Shown here one piece after another: positions 40,758 through 53,825 of a stretch of 64,000 nucleotides of DNA (position 1 is its first letter; each line of letters starts with the position of its first letter). Under the pieces are notes generated by a model, which had not been told where the DNA came from, searched no databases, and saw only the letters and a list, made by a program, of their open reading frames with translations. Location of the stretch: NCBI RefSeq assembly GCF_006345805.1, contig NC_042997.1:100874001-100938000 (forward strand), in the 5' to 3' direction. Made by a program: the position numbers and the translations under genes. Origin of the DNA: Octopus sinensis (lineage: Eukaryota).

Positions 40758-41848
40758 GTAAGTAATATTTTTGATTTGTTCTTTTTTTTTGCTTTTAGAC
40801 ATGACATGAAATGAAAAAAGAATCGCAAAAATTATTGGTTATAGGAGTCATCAAAATAGTTAAAAGAATGTGACGTTTAGACGTAAGAACAATGACTAAA
40901 ACAAAGGAAGTATTTGTTGTTAGTAGAAATGTCATAGGGGAATAAAGATGGTTGAATTGACAACAGTTATGACAGATATCTATCTGTCGTAATTGTAGTC
41001 AATTCACATTTGTCAGTGACCAGATTGCAGTTTTAAGCAATGAAAATTTTTACACCATATTATAAACAATAAATGTGTATGTGAAGTTAGCGACCTTTAT
41101 GTGGTTCTGAATGGCTAACTTGTGTCCTCTATGCTGCAATCATTAAAGGTTATAAATTTTTTCCAAAATTACCAGTTTCTACTATTAGCCGTCTATATAT
41201 ATATAAATCTGATAAGGCGTGTGTGTGTGTGTGCATCACTAAAACTCGAGAGCTACCCAACGAATTTCATTCAAATTTTACACATGCCTTACTTAGGGTC
41301 CATAGAGAGCCAAGGGCCAAAAAAATTTTCAACTTCTAGCCTAATGCGAGCCTGGAACAATTTCTTATCTCTTAGACTGTTTCAGTATTACATCTCAATG
41401 GCCTTGTCATCATTTGCTTTTGGGACCTAGGAGAGGCAAATTTTTCGGTCACCTTAGAGTTGCAGTTGGTGTTGTATTATCAATGCTATTGAAGCAACAG
41501 CTTTTAGAACAATGACTAATGGTCATTTTGTACCTGCCACATTATCTTACATTCTCCTCTGTGTTTCCAGTACTTCGTGACTAAAAATCCCATAGTGGTT
41601 CTCACAACTAAACCTTTATCAGCTCGACTATTTGCTCTGCACCTAATTTTGTCAGATCACTTGCTTTTTCATGAGTCTAGTCATGTTCAGTTTTCCTTCA
41701 GCACTGGTGACTCACAAGGATAATTGCCATTTTAAAAAAAGCTTTTGTTTACAATTTTGCTTGGCAAATGTGTACTAATGTCATTACTGCTGTTTTTGTT
41801 GTTGATGTTGCAGTTGTTAAATCTGCAGTCAATGTCTTGAGTTTTAGT

Positions 41849-41885
<37 letters not shown>

Positions 41886-41894
41886 TGCCTTTTT

Positions 41895-42100
41895 GCTTTA
41901 GGCATATGGCCTGGATTTTGTTGGGAGGAGGGCAGTCGATCACATTGACCCAGTGTTCAACTGGTACTTAATTTATCGACCCTGAAAGGATGAAAGGCAA
42001 AGTTGACCTCGGTGGAATTTGAACTTAGAATGTAGCAACAGGTGAAATTCTGCTAAGCATTTCACCCACCATGCTAACAATTCTGCCTGCTTGCCACCTT
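41895..42100 (-). mobile_element. tRNA-derived SINE
   Basis: Reverse complement of the family at 29474. Confidence 0.8.
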
Positions 42101-42102
42101 AC

Positions 42103-42148
<46 letters not shown>

Positions 42149-42187
42149 TTGATAATAATAATAATAATAATAAGAAGAAGAAGAAGA

Positions 42188-42519
42188 ATAGGCGACTACA
42201 GTACCAGTGATTGTAGGATCTCTAGGAATGATAAAAAAAGGTACTGAAACCTATTTGAAAATGATTCCAGGCTTACCATCCCTACAGGAAGTGCAAAAAA
42301 TCGTATTAACTGGAACGGCTCATGTACTGAGAAGAGCACTATTGCTGTGAAAATAACATCCATCCATGAATTTATTTATTTATTAATTTTTAAATACATA
42401 TGTTATCTGTGAATTTGCGCGTGTAATCTGGGAATGTATACAATGCCCTTCTCTGCCCTAGGTGTATGGAAAACACTCGGCGAGAAACGGAAGAAAATTT
42501 GAAGAAAGAAGGAAAAAAC

Positions 42520-42520
<1 letters not shown>
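42188..42520 (+). mobile_element. R4/Dong-clade LINE 3' fragment (family A, copy 1)
   Basis: ATTVPVIVGSLGMIKK...LQEVQKIVLTGTAHVLRRAL; flanked by (AAT)n. Confidence 0.8.
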
Positions 42521-42558
<38 letters not shown>

Positions 42559-42603
42559 TATATAATAATAATATAATAATATAATAATAATAATATAATA
42601 ATG

Positions 42604-42642
<39 letters not shown>

Positions 42643-42667
42643 GTAATAATAATAATAATAATAATAA

Positions 42668-43037
42668 TAGGCGACTACAGTACCAGTGATTGTAGGATCT
42701 CTAGGAAAGGCCACTACTGTACCAGTGATTGTAGGATCTCTAGGAATGATAAAAAAAGGTACTGAAACCTATTTGAAAATGATTCCAGGCTTACCATCCC
42801 TACAGGAGGTGCAAAACATTGTATTAACTGGAACGGCTCATGTACTGAGAAGAGCACTATCACTGTGAAAATAACATCCATCCATGAATTTATTTATTTA
42901 GTAATTTTTAAATACATATTTTATCTGTGAATTTGCGTGTGTAATCTGGGAATACATACAATGCCCTTCTCTGCCCTAGGTGTATGGAAAACACTCGGCG
43001 AGAAATGGAAGAAAATTTGAAGAAAGAAGGAAAAAAC

Positions 43038-43040
<3 letters not shown>
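42668..43040 (+). mobile_element. R4/Dong 3' fragment (family A, copy 2)
   Basis: Near-identical to 42188-42520, with a short internal duplication at its 5' end. Confidence 0.8.
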
Positions 43041-43092
<52 letters not shown>

Positions 43093-43099
43093 TTATAAT

Positions 43100-43745
43100 A
43101 AACAGCTGACAAATTGTACAAGCACCACCCTGAGGCTGTAACTAGGGAGAAAATGTAACAATTTTTTGGCATTTCCCAGTATGTATAGACCAGACCATCA
43201 CAGCTAATAAACCAGATATTGTAGTGAAAAACCAAAACAGTAAAGTCTGTTTATTGATTAACATATGCATACCTTGTAATCATAATATCTCAGCAAAAGA
43301 ATTTGATAAGCTTAGAAAATATAAAGATTTGCTAATTGAAATCGAAAAGATGTGGCATCTCAAGATAGTTACAATACCAGTGATTGTAGGAGCACTTGGA
43401 ATGGTCAAGAAAAGGAACTGGAAATTATTTAAGAATGATCCCTGGCTTACCCATGCAGGAAGTGCAAAAGATTGTCTTGACGGGTACGTCACATGTATTG
43501 AGAAGAGTATTGTCGCTGTGAATTTTCTTTCCTTTTTTCCCCATCCTTTTTTTTGTTTACTTTTTCATTTTTCTTTTTTCCCTTTTCTCTGTCTTTCTTC
43601 CCCTTTTTCTCTATCACATGACTTTGTTAGTGAACAATCTGGTGTCTTTATTTTAATGGTCTACCAATGTATGCAATGAGTTTCTCTGCCCTAGGTGTCA
43701 GGAAGACACTCAGCAAAAAATGGAAATGAAATTGAAAAAAGGCGA
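43100..43745 (+). mobile_element. R4/Dong RLE 3' fragment (family B, copy 1)
   Basis: TITANKPDIVVK...KEFDKLRKYKDLLIEIEKMWHLK..TIPVIVGALG (PD..D endonuclease region). Confidence 0.85.
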
Positions 43746-43779
43746 TAATAATGATAACAATAATAATAATATAATAATG

Positions 43780-43816
<37 letters not shown>

Positions 43817-43839
43817 TAATAATGATGATAATAATAATG

Positions 43840-43884
<45 letters not shown>

Positions 43885-44474
43885 GATGGGCTACAGCAAA
43901 TATTCTGCTCAATACCGCAGATTTGCTTGTCAATTGTTTGACCTTAACCAGTTGACCATGTCCCTTGTTGGCTGACGATATGTGCATTTCTAATCATGAG
44001 CAGAAGTAGTGGGGGGGGGGGCATCATAGCTGTGTGTTGAAAGGAATTCTTAGAGGTTTGGATAATTCAACTTTGGAAACATAGGTGGTTGTTCAACATC
44101 TTTAAACAATCCTTATTCAGGGACCTTTTGAGCAGGATGGGTTACTCAACCAGAAGAAAATTCTAACTGGGCCCATTCAACTGGGCCCCAACTGCAAGGT
44201 CATGTGCTGTTTATCTTGATATGAGATCACCATGTTGCGCACATATGACTGTGATGCATGTGCCTGGAGTACCCCTATCAGACAGGTAGTCATGATGGGT
44301 ATACTGGGCTTCGTATATTTTACCTCAGTGTCACTTTGATGGCATGCACTGCTCTCTCACTCAATAATAATAATAATATATAATAATAATAATAATATAT
44401 AATAATAATAATAATGATAATAATAATAATAATAATAATATAATAATATAATAATAATAATGATAATAATAATA

Positions 44475-44512
<38 letters not shown>

Positions 44513-44942
44513 TCTTTTCTATTAAAGGCACAAGACCTGAAATTTTGGTGGGAGGGAATAAGTCAATTACATCAACCCTAGTGTTTCACTGATGCTTAAT
44601 TTTATTGACCTCAAAAGGGACAAAAGCAAAGTTAACCTTCATAAAATTTGAACTCAGAATATCACAATGGGTGAAATACAACTAAGCATTTTGCCTGGCA
44701 TGCTAACGATTCTGCCAACCACCTTCATAATGGTTTAAAATTTCAGCACAAGGGTAGCAGTTCTGGGGGAGGGGATGAGTCAATTAAATCGATCCCAGTG
44801 TTCAACTGGCACTTATTTTGTTGACCCCGAAAATATAAGGGAATTTGAACTCAGAACGTAGCAACGGGGGAAATACCACTAAGCATTCCATCCAGCATGC
44901 TGACAATTATGCCAACTCACTGCCTTAATAATAATAATAATG

Positions 44943-44973
<31 letters not shown>

Positions 44974-45079
44974 TAATAATGATAATAATAATAATGATAA
45001 TAATAATAATGATAATAATAATAATAAATAATAATAATAATAATAATATAATAATAATAATAATAATAACAATTATAAT

Positions 45080-45725
45080 AAACAGCTGACAAATTGTACA
45101 AGCACCACCCTGAGGCTGTAACTAGGGAGAAAATGTAACAATTTTTTGGCATTTCCCAGTATGTATAGACCAGACCATCACAGCTAATAAACCAGATATT
45201 GTAGTGAAAAACCAAAACAGTAAAGTCTGTTTATTGATTAACATATGCATACCTTGTAATCATAATATCTCAGCAAAAGAATTTGATAAGCTTAGAAAAT
45301 ATAAAGATTTGCTAATTGAAATCGAAAAGATGTGGCATCTCAAGATAGTTACAATACCAGTGATTGTAGGAGCACTTGGAATGGTCAAGAAAAGGAACTG
45401 GAAATTATTTAAGAATGATCCCTGGCTTACCCATGCAGGAAGTGCAAAAGATTGTCTTGACGGGTACGTCACATGTATTGAGAAGAGTATTGTCGCTGTG
45501 AATTTTCTTTCCTTTTTTCCCCATCCTTTTTTTTGTTTACTTTTTCATTTTTCTTTTTTCCCTTTTCTCTGTCTTTCTTCCCCTTTTTCTCTATCACATG
45601 ACTTTGTTAGTGAACAATCTGGTGTCTTTATTTTAATGGTCTACCAATGTATGCAATGAGTTTCTCTGCCCTAGGTGTCAGGAAGACACTCAGCAAAAAA
45701 TGGAAATGAAATTGAAAAAAGGCGA
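45080..45725 (+). mobile_element. R4/Dong RLE 3' fragment (family B, copy 2)
   Basis: The ORF track gives an identical 151-aa translation at 45204 and 43224. Confidence 0.85.
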
Positions 45726-45819
45726 TAATAATGATAACAATAATAATAATAATAATAATGATAATAATAATAATAATAATAATAATATAATAATGATAAT
45801 AATGATGATAATAATAATG

Positions 45820-45867
<48 letters not shown>

Positions 45868-46409
45868 GATGGGCTACAGCAAATATTCTGCTCAATACCG
45901 CAGATTTGCTTGTCAATTGTTTGACCTTAACCAGTTGACCATGTCCCTTGTTGGCTGACGATATGTGCATTTCTAATCATGAGCAGAAGTAGTGGGGGGG
46001 GGGGCATCATAGCTGTGTGTTGAAAGGAATTCTTAGAGGTTTGGATAATTCAACTTTGGAAACATAGGTGGTTGTTCAACATCTTTAAACAATCCTTATT
46101 CAGGGACCTTTTGAGCAGGATGGGTTACTCAACCAGAAGAAAATTCTAACTGGGCCCCAACTGCAAGGTCATGTGCTGTTTATCTTGATATGAGATCACC
46201 ATGTTGCGCACATATGGTTGTGATGCATGTGCCTGGAGTACCCCTATCAGACAGGTAGTCATGATGGGTATACTGGGCTTCGTATATTTTACCTCAGTGT
46301 CACTTTGATGGCATGCACTGCTCTCTCACTCAATAATAATAATAACAATAATAATAATAATAATAATAATGATAATAATAATAATAATATAATAATAATA
46401 ATAATAATG

Positions 46410-46460
<51 letters not shown>

Positions 46461-46890
46461 TCTTTTCTATTAAAGGCACAAGACCTGAAATTTTGGTGGG
46501 AGGGAATAAGTCAATTACATCAACCCTAGTGTTTCACTGATGCTTAATTTTATTGACCTCAAAAGGGACAAAAGCAAAGTTAACCTTCATAAAATTTGAA
46601 CTCAGAATATCACAATGGGTGAAATACAACTAAGCATTTTGCCTGGCATGCTAACGATTCTGCCAACCACCTTCATAATGGTTTAAAATTTCAGCACAAG
46701 GGTAGCAGTTCTGGGGGAGGGGATGAGTCAATTAAATCGATCCCAGTGTTCAACTGGCACTTATTTTGTTGACCCCGAAAATATAAGGGAATTTGAACTC
46801 AGAACGTAGCAACGGGGGAAATACCACTAAGCATTCCATCCAGCATGCTGACAATTATGCCAACTCACTGCCTTAATAATAATAATAATG

Positions 46891-46924
<34 letters not shown>

Positions 46925-46962
46925 TAATAATGATAATAATAATAATGATAATAATAATAATG

Positions 46963-46999
<37 letters not shown>

Positions 47000-47004
47000 T
47001 AATA

Positions 47005-47071
<67 letters not shown>

Positions 47072-47084
47072 TAATAATAATAGC

Positions 47085-47395
47085 AAAAGGGGCTGATTGT
47101 TACCTAACTCAGATACCAGGAAACCCAAAAATTGCAGAAATTCAAAAGATAGTGCTCATGGGAACTGCCCATATCCTACGTAAAATACTTTCTTTGTAAT
47201 CTCAAGTTTTAAAACAAACAATTTTCTTATGGTTTTTTTTAAACATTCACTAGTACAACACTAAGTACAAAACCAAATATATGGCACCCTAGGCATAACA
47301 CCAGCATGAACTTCCAACTTGTTGTTTCTTGAGGTCTCTGGGTGAGACTTGTAGCCAACTTGTACAAATGTAAAGCAAAAGTTAAACATAGAAAT
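47085..47395 (+). mobile_element. R4/Dong 3' fragment (family C)
   Basis: QIPGNPKIAEIQKIVLMGTAHILRKILSL followed by a distinct 3' UTR. Confidence 0.8.
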
Positions 47396-47437
47396 AATAA
47401 TAATAATAACCATAATAATAATGATAATAATAATAAT

Positions 47438-49520
47438 AAAAAGGAACACATAAAAAACTGGCTGAGAAATTTAATGACATACTAGCAGAGCCAGAGACCA
47501 TGCCTGAATGGTTCACAGAAGGGAAAATTATCCTAATTCCCAAATCCACTGAAACAGCAAACCCACAAAATTACAGACCAATAACTTGTCTCCCTGCAAT
47601 TTACAAAACTTTTACTGCAATAATATTGCAGAAAATGAGCAAGCATTTTGAAGAAAACAACCTATTTCCAGAAGAGCAGAAGGGATGCTGCAAGGGCTCA
47701 TACAGCTGTAAAGATCAACTAATGATCAATAAAGCCATAATTGAAGACAGCCACAGAAAGAAGGGTCTAAGTATGGCCTGGATCGATTATTGGAAGGCTT
47801 TTGATAGTATTTCAAACTCATAGATCCTAGAAACACTAGCCATGCACAAGGTAACACCAATAATCATAAAATGTATGACACATTCCATGAATAAATGACA
47901 GACAGTGCTACAGCTCCACACAAAAGAGTGAATAAAAAAAACCCAAAAGCCATCCCCATTAGAAGAGGAATATTCCAGAGAGACAGATTTATCAAAGAAA
48001 TAAACATGAAATTTGGCTTAGTAAAATGTGCCGAAGCAACCTTGAAAAGAGGAAAACTAGTTAAGAATAGCAAAATCACACTAGATAAAGCAAATGAAAT
48101 AAGAGAATTAGACCAAAGCCAGACATATAAACTAGATAAGATACAACATACACAAATGAAAGAAAATAAAAAAAGAATACTATAGATGTGTTAGATTAAT
48201 ACTGAAAACAGAGCTCAATGCAAAAAACAAGATAATAGGTATCAACACACTAGCTGTCCCAGTTATAGCTACAATATCCTTAACTGGACACTAAATGAAT
48301 TAATCAAAATAGACAGGAAAACAAGAAAAATAATGACAGGATTTTGGATGCACCACCCAAAATCTGAGATAGAAAGGTTATACACCCAACATACATAAGG
48401 TGGTCGAGGCCTTATACAGCTAGAAAACTATTACAAAATAAATGCCATAGGACTACAAAAATACCTACTTCAGAAGCAAGGAAAACTAATACAAATAGCC
48501 ACAAAACATGAACAAAAAAAAACTGTTTTCAGTCTTTAAGGAAACTGACAAATACAAACAAAAAGTCATACTACCTAACAAGTGTGAAGAAAAAGAAGAA
48601 ACAACAAAAGCTTTAAAACAAATGAAATCTAAACTAAAACTGGAACAGCAGTGGGTCATGATAAAACGATGACAAAAAAAGCCCCTTCATGGCAAATACT
48701 TGGTTAAATTAAATGCAAAAGGAGTAGACAAAGCAAAATTTCAACAAAGGCTGAGAAGCTCAGGACTCAAAGTAGAGACTGAAGGATTTTTAATTGCAGC
48801 ACAAGACCAAAGCCTCCCCACCAGAAATTACCAAAAACACATAATGAAAAGAAACATAACAAGTAACTGCAGAATATGTGGAGATTGACAGGAAACAATA
48901 AATCATATTGTCTCTGGTTTCCCAGTCCTGGCTAAGAAGGAATATATTCACAGACAAGACAGATTTGGGACCTATATACACTGGCAACTATGCCAACACT
49001 ATGGAATAACAACAGAAAAAAGATGGTATAGGCACATGCCAGAAAAGATCACAGAAAATGAGAAAGCAACAATACTATGGGATATACCAATACACATAGA
49101 TAGAGAAATTAAGGCCAATAGGCCTGATATAATTGTCAGAGATCATCAAGAAAAATATTCTTTCTAATAGATGTATCAATACCAACAGATGACGTTTCTC
49201 TAAAAGAAATGGAGAAACTTTCAAAATACAAAAACCTGGAAATAGAGGTCACTCGAATGTGGAATCTAAAAACAAAAACAACTCCTATCATAATAGGCAC
49301 ATTAGGTATGATAAAAAAATATTCACACAAAAACACTAGGACTAACAAATATATATAACATACAGAAAATAGCACTTCTAGGCACTGCATAATCCTACGT
49401 AAAACATTTTCAATACAGTGAAAATAAGAGCATCTCAACAAACTACGGCACATACTCAAGGCACACAGAGCTGTGCTTGGTAGTGCAGTGAAAACACGTT
49501 ATAAAAATAAGATTACTGAA
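47438..49520 (+). mobile_element. R4/Dong-clade LINE (RT, CCHC and RLE), degenerate with internal deletion
   Basis: LIPK...PQNYRPITCL, EEQKG, WIDY.KAFDS, RGIFQ.D, MKFGL.KC, GGRGL, ETEGFLIAAQDQ, CRICG..ETINHIVSG, RPDII; ends in (AAT)n. Confidence 0.92.
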
Positions 49521-49712
49521 TGATAATAATAATAATAATAATAATGATAAAAGCAACAACAACAATGCACAAGCTTATCATTCAATGATTTTTGCAAGAA
49601 CACCTTGCAGAATCTTTCCCATTTAAATGGGAGGTAAATTTATTGATAGGATGCATGTTGAGCACCATTACCAGTATTTAATATTACTATTAATTTCTTT
49701 TCTTTTTTCCAG

Positions 49713-49813
49713 CTATCAATGGAAGCATTTCAGAATATCAAAACTGTATTGTCATTGTCTATTGAAATGAAGATATATGAGAAATTTCATGAGAAAATAC
49801 TTCTTCCCTATAA
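49713..49813 (+). CDS. ABCB1: ABCB exon, ICL4 (LSMEAFQNIKTVLSLSIEMKIYEKFHEKILLPY)
   Basis: 101 nt, ttccag|CTA ... TAT AA|gtgagt; EAxxNxxTVxSL coupling-helix motif; phase 0/2. Confidence 0.93.
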
Positions 49814-50059
49814 GTGAGTAATTTTCTTACATTTTGTTCCTTTTAGCTTATTTTTGTTCTTAGCATATTGAGGATTATTGTTATTCTTTAATTGATAGCA
49901 ACTCAATTAGCACATATTGGAATTGTTTATTTTGGAATATTGATGAAACAGAGTGACTTGAAACATGGCCGGTTCATTTAATCTAACTTAAACAGAGCAT
50001 TTACCACAAATTCCTCATACTAAGTGACATTATTATTTTTATTATTATGTTTTGTTATA

Positions 50060-50285
50060 AGCTGGTGAGCTGGCAGAACTATTGGCATACTGGACAAAAT
50101 ACTCAGGGGAATTTTCGTCCATCTTTACGTTCTGAGTTCAAATGCTGCTGAGGTCAACTTTGCCCTTCTGCTATTCATTTGGAAATAAGTTCCAGATGAG
50201 CACTGGGAGAGGGGGAGGTCGATGAAATCAATTTGTTCACTCCCCAGAACCTTAGGCCCTGTGCCTATAAATAGAAAGAATTGTT
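50060..50285 (+). mobile_element. Degenerate tRNA-derived SINE
   Basis: GGTGAGCTGGCAGAA...GAGTTCAAAT...GTCAACTTTGCC. Confidence 0.7.
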
Positions 50286-50649
50286 TGGTTTCAGTGATTG
50301 GTCTGTCACCATAATGAAGAAATCACTTTCAAAGATTTTGGTTGATTGTACCATCTGGCACATCATTGTTGTTGTAAAAGTAAAGAAATCATTAGCCTTA
50401 AAAAAGATAACTCAGATGTATATTACATCACTGGGTATATCTACTTGAATGCACTAGTTCCCACCCCATGCTTATGTATATACTTTTTATTATTATTTTG
50501 CAATTTACTTAATCATCAGTATGTTATTGTTATTTCATTTTTAATATTTCTATTATATGTAATTTTCTAGATGGTGTCATTTTATTGTTCATTTTGAATT
50601 GATAAAAGATGTTTTTTTCTAATTTATATATATATTTATATATATAAAA

Positions 50650-51610
50650 CCCTGAAGACACTAAGCACCTGCAATGTGAGCTGGACAAAATATACAAGTG
50701 GGTTGAAAAGAATAGCATGCAGTTCAATGCTGAAAAGTTTCAAGCTTTATGCTATCAGCATGCAAAACTAAATGAAATACCCAATAAATACACGGGACCT
50801 GGAGGGATTGCAATCCCAGAGGCACAATCAGTGCAAGACCTGGGTATTTACATGAGTGATGATGCAACCTTTCATGTGCATGTTGCTAAATTGGCAATGA
50901 AATGAGGGAGCTGACCGGATGGATTCTTAGAACCTTGAGAACAAGAGACCAGGAAACCATGATGGTCCTCTGGAGGACACTTGTCCTAAGCCACTTTGAC
51001 TATTGCTCTCAGCTATGGTCACCATCCAGTATCAAGTTAATCACAGAACTTGAGGCGATCCAACGAAGCTACACGAAGAAGATAGCCTCTGTGCAGCATA
51101 TAAGCTACTGGGAAAGACTCAAGAGATTAAGACTCTATTCCTTAGAGAAAGATATGCCATAATATACATCTGGAAGATCCTAGAGGGACTTGTCCTAAAC
51201 TTTGGCATCGAGAGTTACACAAATGCTAGAACTGGGCACCACTGCATAGTGCCAAGGACTCCAAATTTGCCATCAAGATGTAGGACAAGATACTGTGATA
51301 GCCTGGGCTTCAGAGGCCCACAGCTCTTCAATATCCTCCCGAAGAACCTGAGAGACCTGCATGGGGTGGATGCAGATGTCTTTAAAATAAAACTGGATCT
51401 CTTCCTGTCATGTGTCCCAGATGATCAAACTTCACGACAGGAGGTGCAGATGAGGGCAGCTGCGTCGAACTCTCTCATGCATCAAATGGCAATTGCTAAA
51501 AAGCATTCGTAAAGTAAAATTATGTAGCAACACCAAATGGCAGTGCCCCAGCATGGCCACAGCTCGTGAGCTGAAACTAGATAAAATAAAATAAATAAAA
51601 TAAAATAAAT
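50650..51610 (+). mobile_element. CR1-group LINE, 5'-truncated
   Basis: MQFNAEKF, VQDLGI, LSHFDYCSQLWSP, LEAIQRSYTK, YWERLK.LRLYSLE; (TAAAA)n tail. Confidence 0.92.
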
Positions 51611-51691
51611 ATATATATATATATGTAATGTAATTTTCTAGATGGTGTAATTTTATTGTTCATTTTGAATTGATAAAAGATGGCTTTTCTA

Positions 51692-51736
<45 letters not shown>

Positions 51737-52019
51737 TTCATACTAGAATATAAGGATAAAATCACGTTAATGATTTTTCTAAGTATGGCTCTGAGCTGGG
51801 TATAAAAGATAGTTTTATCTTCATCACAGCTAATCAAAGTAGGTGCAAAGGCACTTAGAGTAGCAAACCATCTACCTTTCAAGTGCAATCATAGAGTCAT
51901 TAGATGTTCATTTATAGGAACAGGGAGCTCTTCCAACTTCTTAAGGATATCAGATTGAATGGCAAAGCCAACACCAGCCTCTCTGCATTCCCCCTTCTGC
52001 CTTCCATTCCACAAAATGG

Positions 52020-52500
52020 TGTATCCACCTCCTACTTCCTCAAGCTGACCATCTCTGAGAGTGCAACTATATCAATGTTATAACGGTCCAGCTCGTGAGC
52101 AACAAGTACAGTGCGTCTTTCAGGCTTACAATCACTCTTGTTATCCAACAGAGTGCACACATTCCAATATGAAATGTTTAAGTTCCATCCAGACTTAGTA
52201 AATAAAAGTCTCTTTGTTTTTCGAGCGCAGGATGGACATCTGTCAGTTGCACTAAACTGACCAGATATAGAAAGACAGGCAATTTTTGGTTCACCTTTTC
52301 TAGAACTTCCCCAGCCTCTGGGTGAGCAGTGCCCTCTCCAAACGGAGCTGCTCAGACACCCATGCAGCAACCAAATCCTACCGCTGTCTTGGGCAGCAAG
52401 GAGACAACTTTATATCTAGCATAGGTCGCCTACATGCAGGTCGCTGACTACATGCTCCCAATCCATTAGGTCTGCATGCCTTACCACCGTCCCATCGCCA
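52020..52500 (-). mobile_element. RTE LINE 5' region with start of the APE endonuclease
   Basis: ISYWNVCTLLD...PERRTVLVAHELDRYNIDIVALSE. Confidence 0.85.
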
Positions 52501-53408
52501 CAGGACTTCTGAATAAAAAATAAAATTAAAATATACTAAAAATATATAAATATATACTAAAAATGAAGATACATATATACTGAAAATAAAATAAATATAT
52601 ATAGGAAAAAAAAAGCTGCCCATATCGAGCAGAGGTCAGCAATGCCTGTGCAGAGTTTTAGGTCCAATAAGGCTTGCACGACACCACATAGACCCTCTCC
52701 ACTTTATTGACATTATCCAGAGACAAGCCAGAGCAAGATGTCTGGTGCCAATATGAGTCACAGGCTCAGGTATGTGGGAGCACCGTGATCTCTAGCACAA
52801 ACCAAAGATCCCCAAAATGTCTAATACCATTCCCTGCACATCTGGTTTTTATATCAGAGTGACAGTCTCCTAGAGACATGCTTTAACAAGCTGAGGGGTG
52901 CCTCACTCCCAGTGGTCTTTCAGCATGCCAGACACCATCCTGGAATTTTTGCATACCCATGCTATTGATGATAGCCGTGGAGCCTGTACTAGGTTCATCC
53001 GACCTTTCCACAGGTCTTGTTTTTAATCCTGCTGGGTTTCTAGCAACCCTCCCCACCAGGATAGCCTGGTGGGGGTGCCAGATTAGTCACCAGCAACCCG
53101 ACCATGCAACAGGTTGTACTGGATTATATGTTACCAGTAGCACTTATGAGAGCCTTGTAAGTGATCTGACATAAATACATACAATACATACATACATTCA
53201 TCCATCCATCCATCCATCCATCCATCCATACATCCATCCATCCATCCATCCATCCATCCATACATACATACATACATACATACATACATACATACATACA
53301 TACATACATACATACATACATACATACATACATACATACAAAAATACCCTGTTGATGTTGTTGAAATTCCAATGCTTCAGGTTCATGCTTCTGTCAATGT
53401 CTTTTCAG

Positions 53409-53549
53409 GAATAATATAAAAGGAGCATTTAAAGTTGGAATAGCTTTTTCCTTCTCACAGTCAGTTGTGTTTTTGTGTTATGCTGCTGTTTTCTATGTTG
53501 GAGCTTTATTAATTACGAAATGTGAAATGGACTTTGTGGATCTATTGAA
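53409..53549 (+). CDS. ABCB1: ABCB exon, TM11 (NNIKGAFKVGIAFSFSQSVVFLCYAAVFYVGALLITKCEMDFVDLL)
   Basis: 141 nt, ttttcag|G ... AA|gtaagc; phase 2/2. Confidence 0.95.
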
Positions 53550-53825
53550 GTAAGCAAGAAACATTTTGTTTATTTCTTAGTAATAAAAATTGCTACGATT
53601 TATATTGTATGTACATATGCATGCATACATGTATATATTTGTGTATGTACGTATGTATCTATGTATGTGTGTATGTATGTAGGTGTGTTTGTGTATGTAT
53701 GTATATATGTGTGTATGTATGTATATTTTTATCCTTGATCTTTTACTCCTTTCAGTCATTGGACTGCAGCCAAGCTGGGGCCCTGGCTTGAAAGGTTTAC
53801 ACAAACAAGCTGATCCCAGCAGTTA

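Larger units (their letters stand above)
43041..46873. repeat. Tandem duplication of a ~1.9-kb composite unit (about 43041-44925 and 44926-46873)
   Basis: Dong fragment, unclassified repeat and two SINEs repeated in the same order; by eye the differences are confined to (AAT)n lengths, a 15-nt insertion and a few substitutions. Confidence 0.9.
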
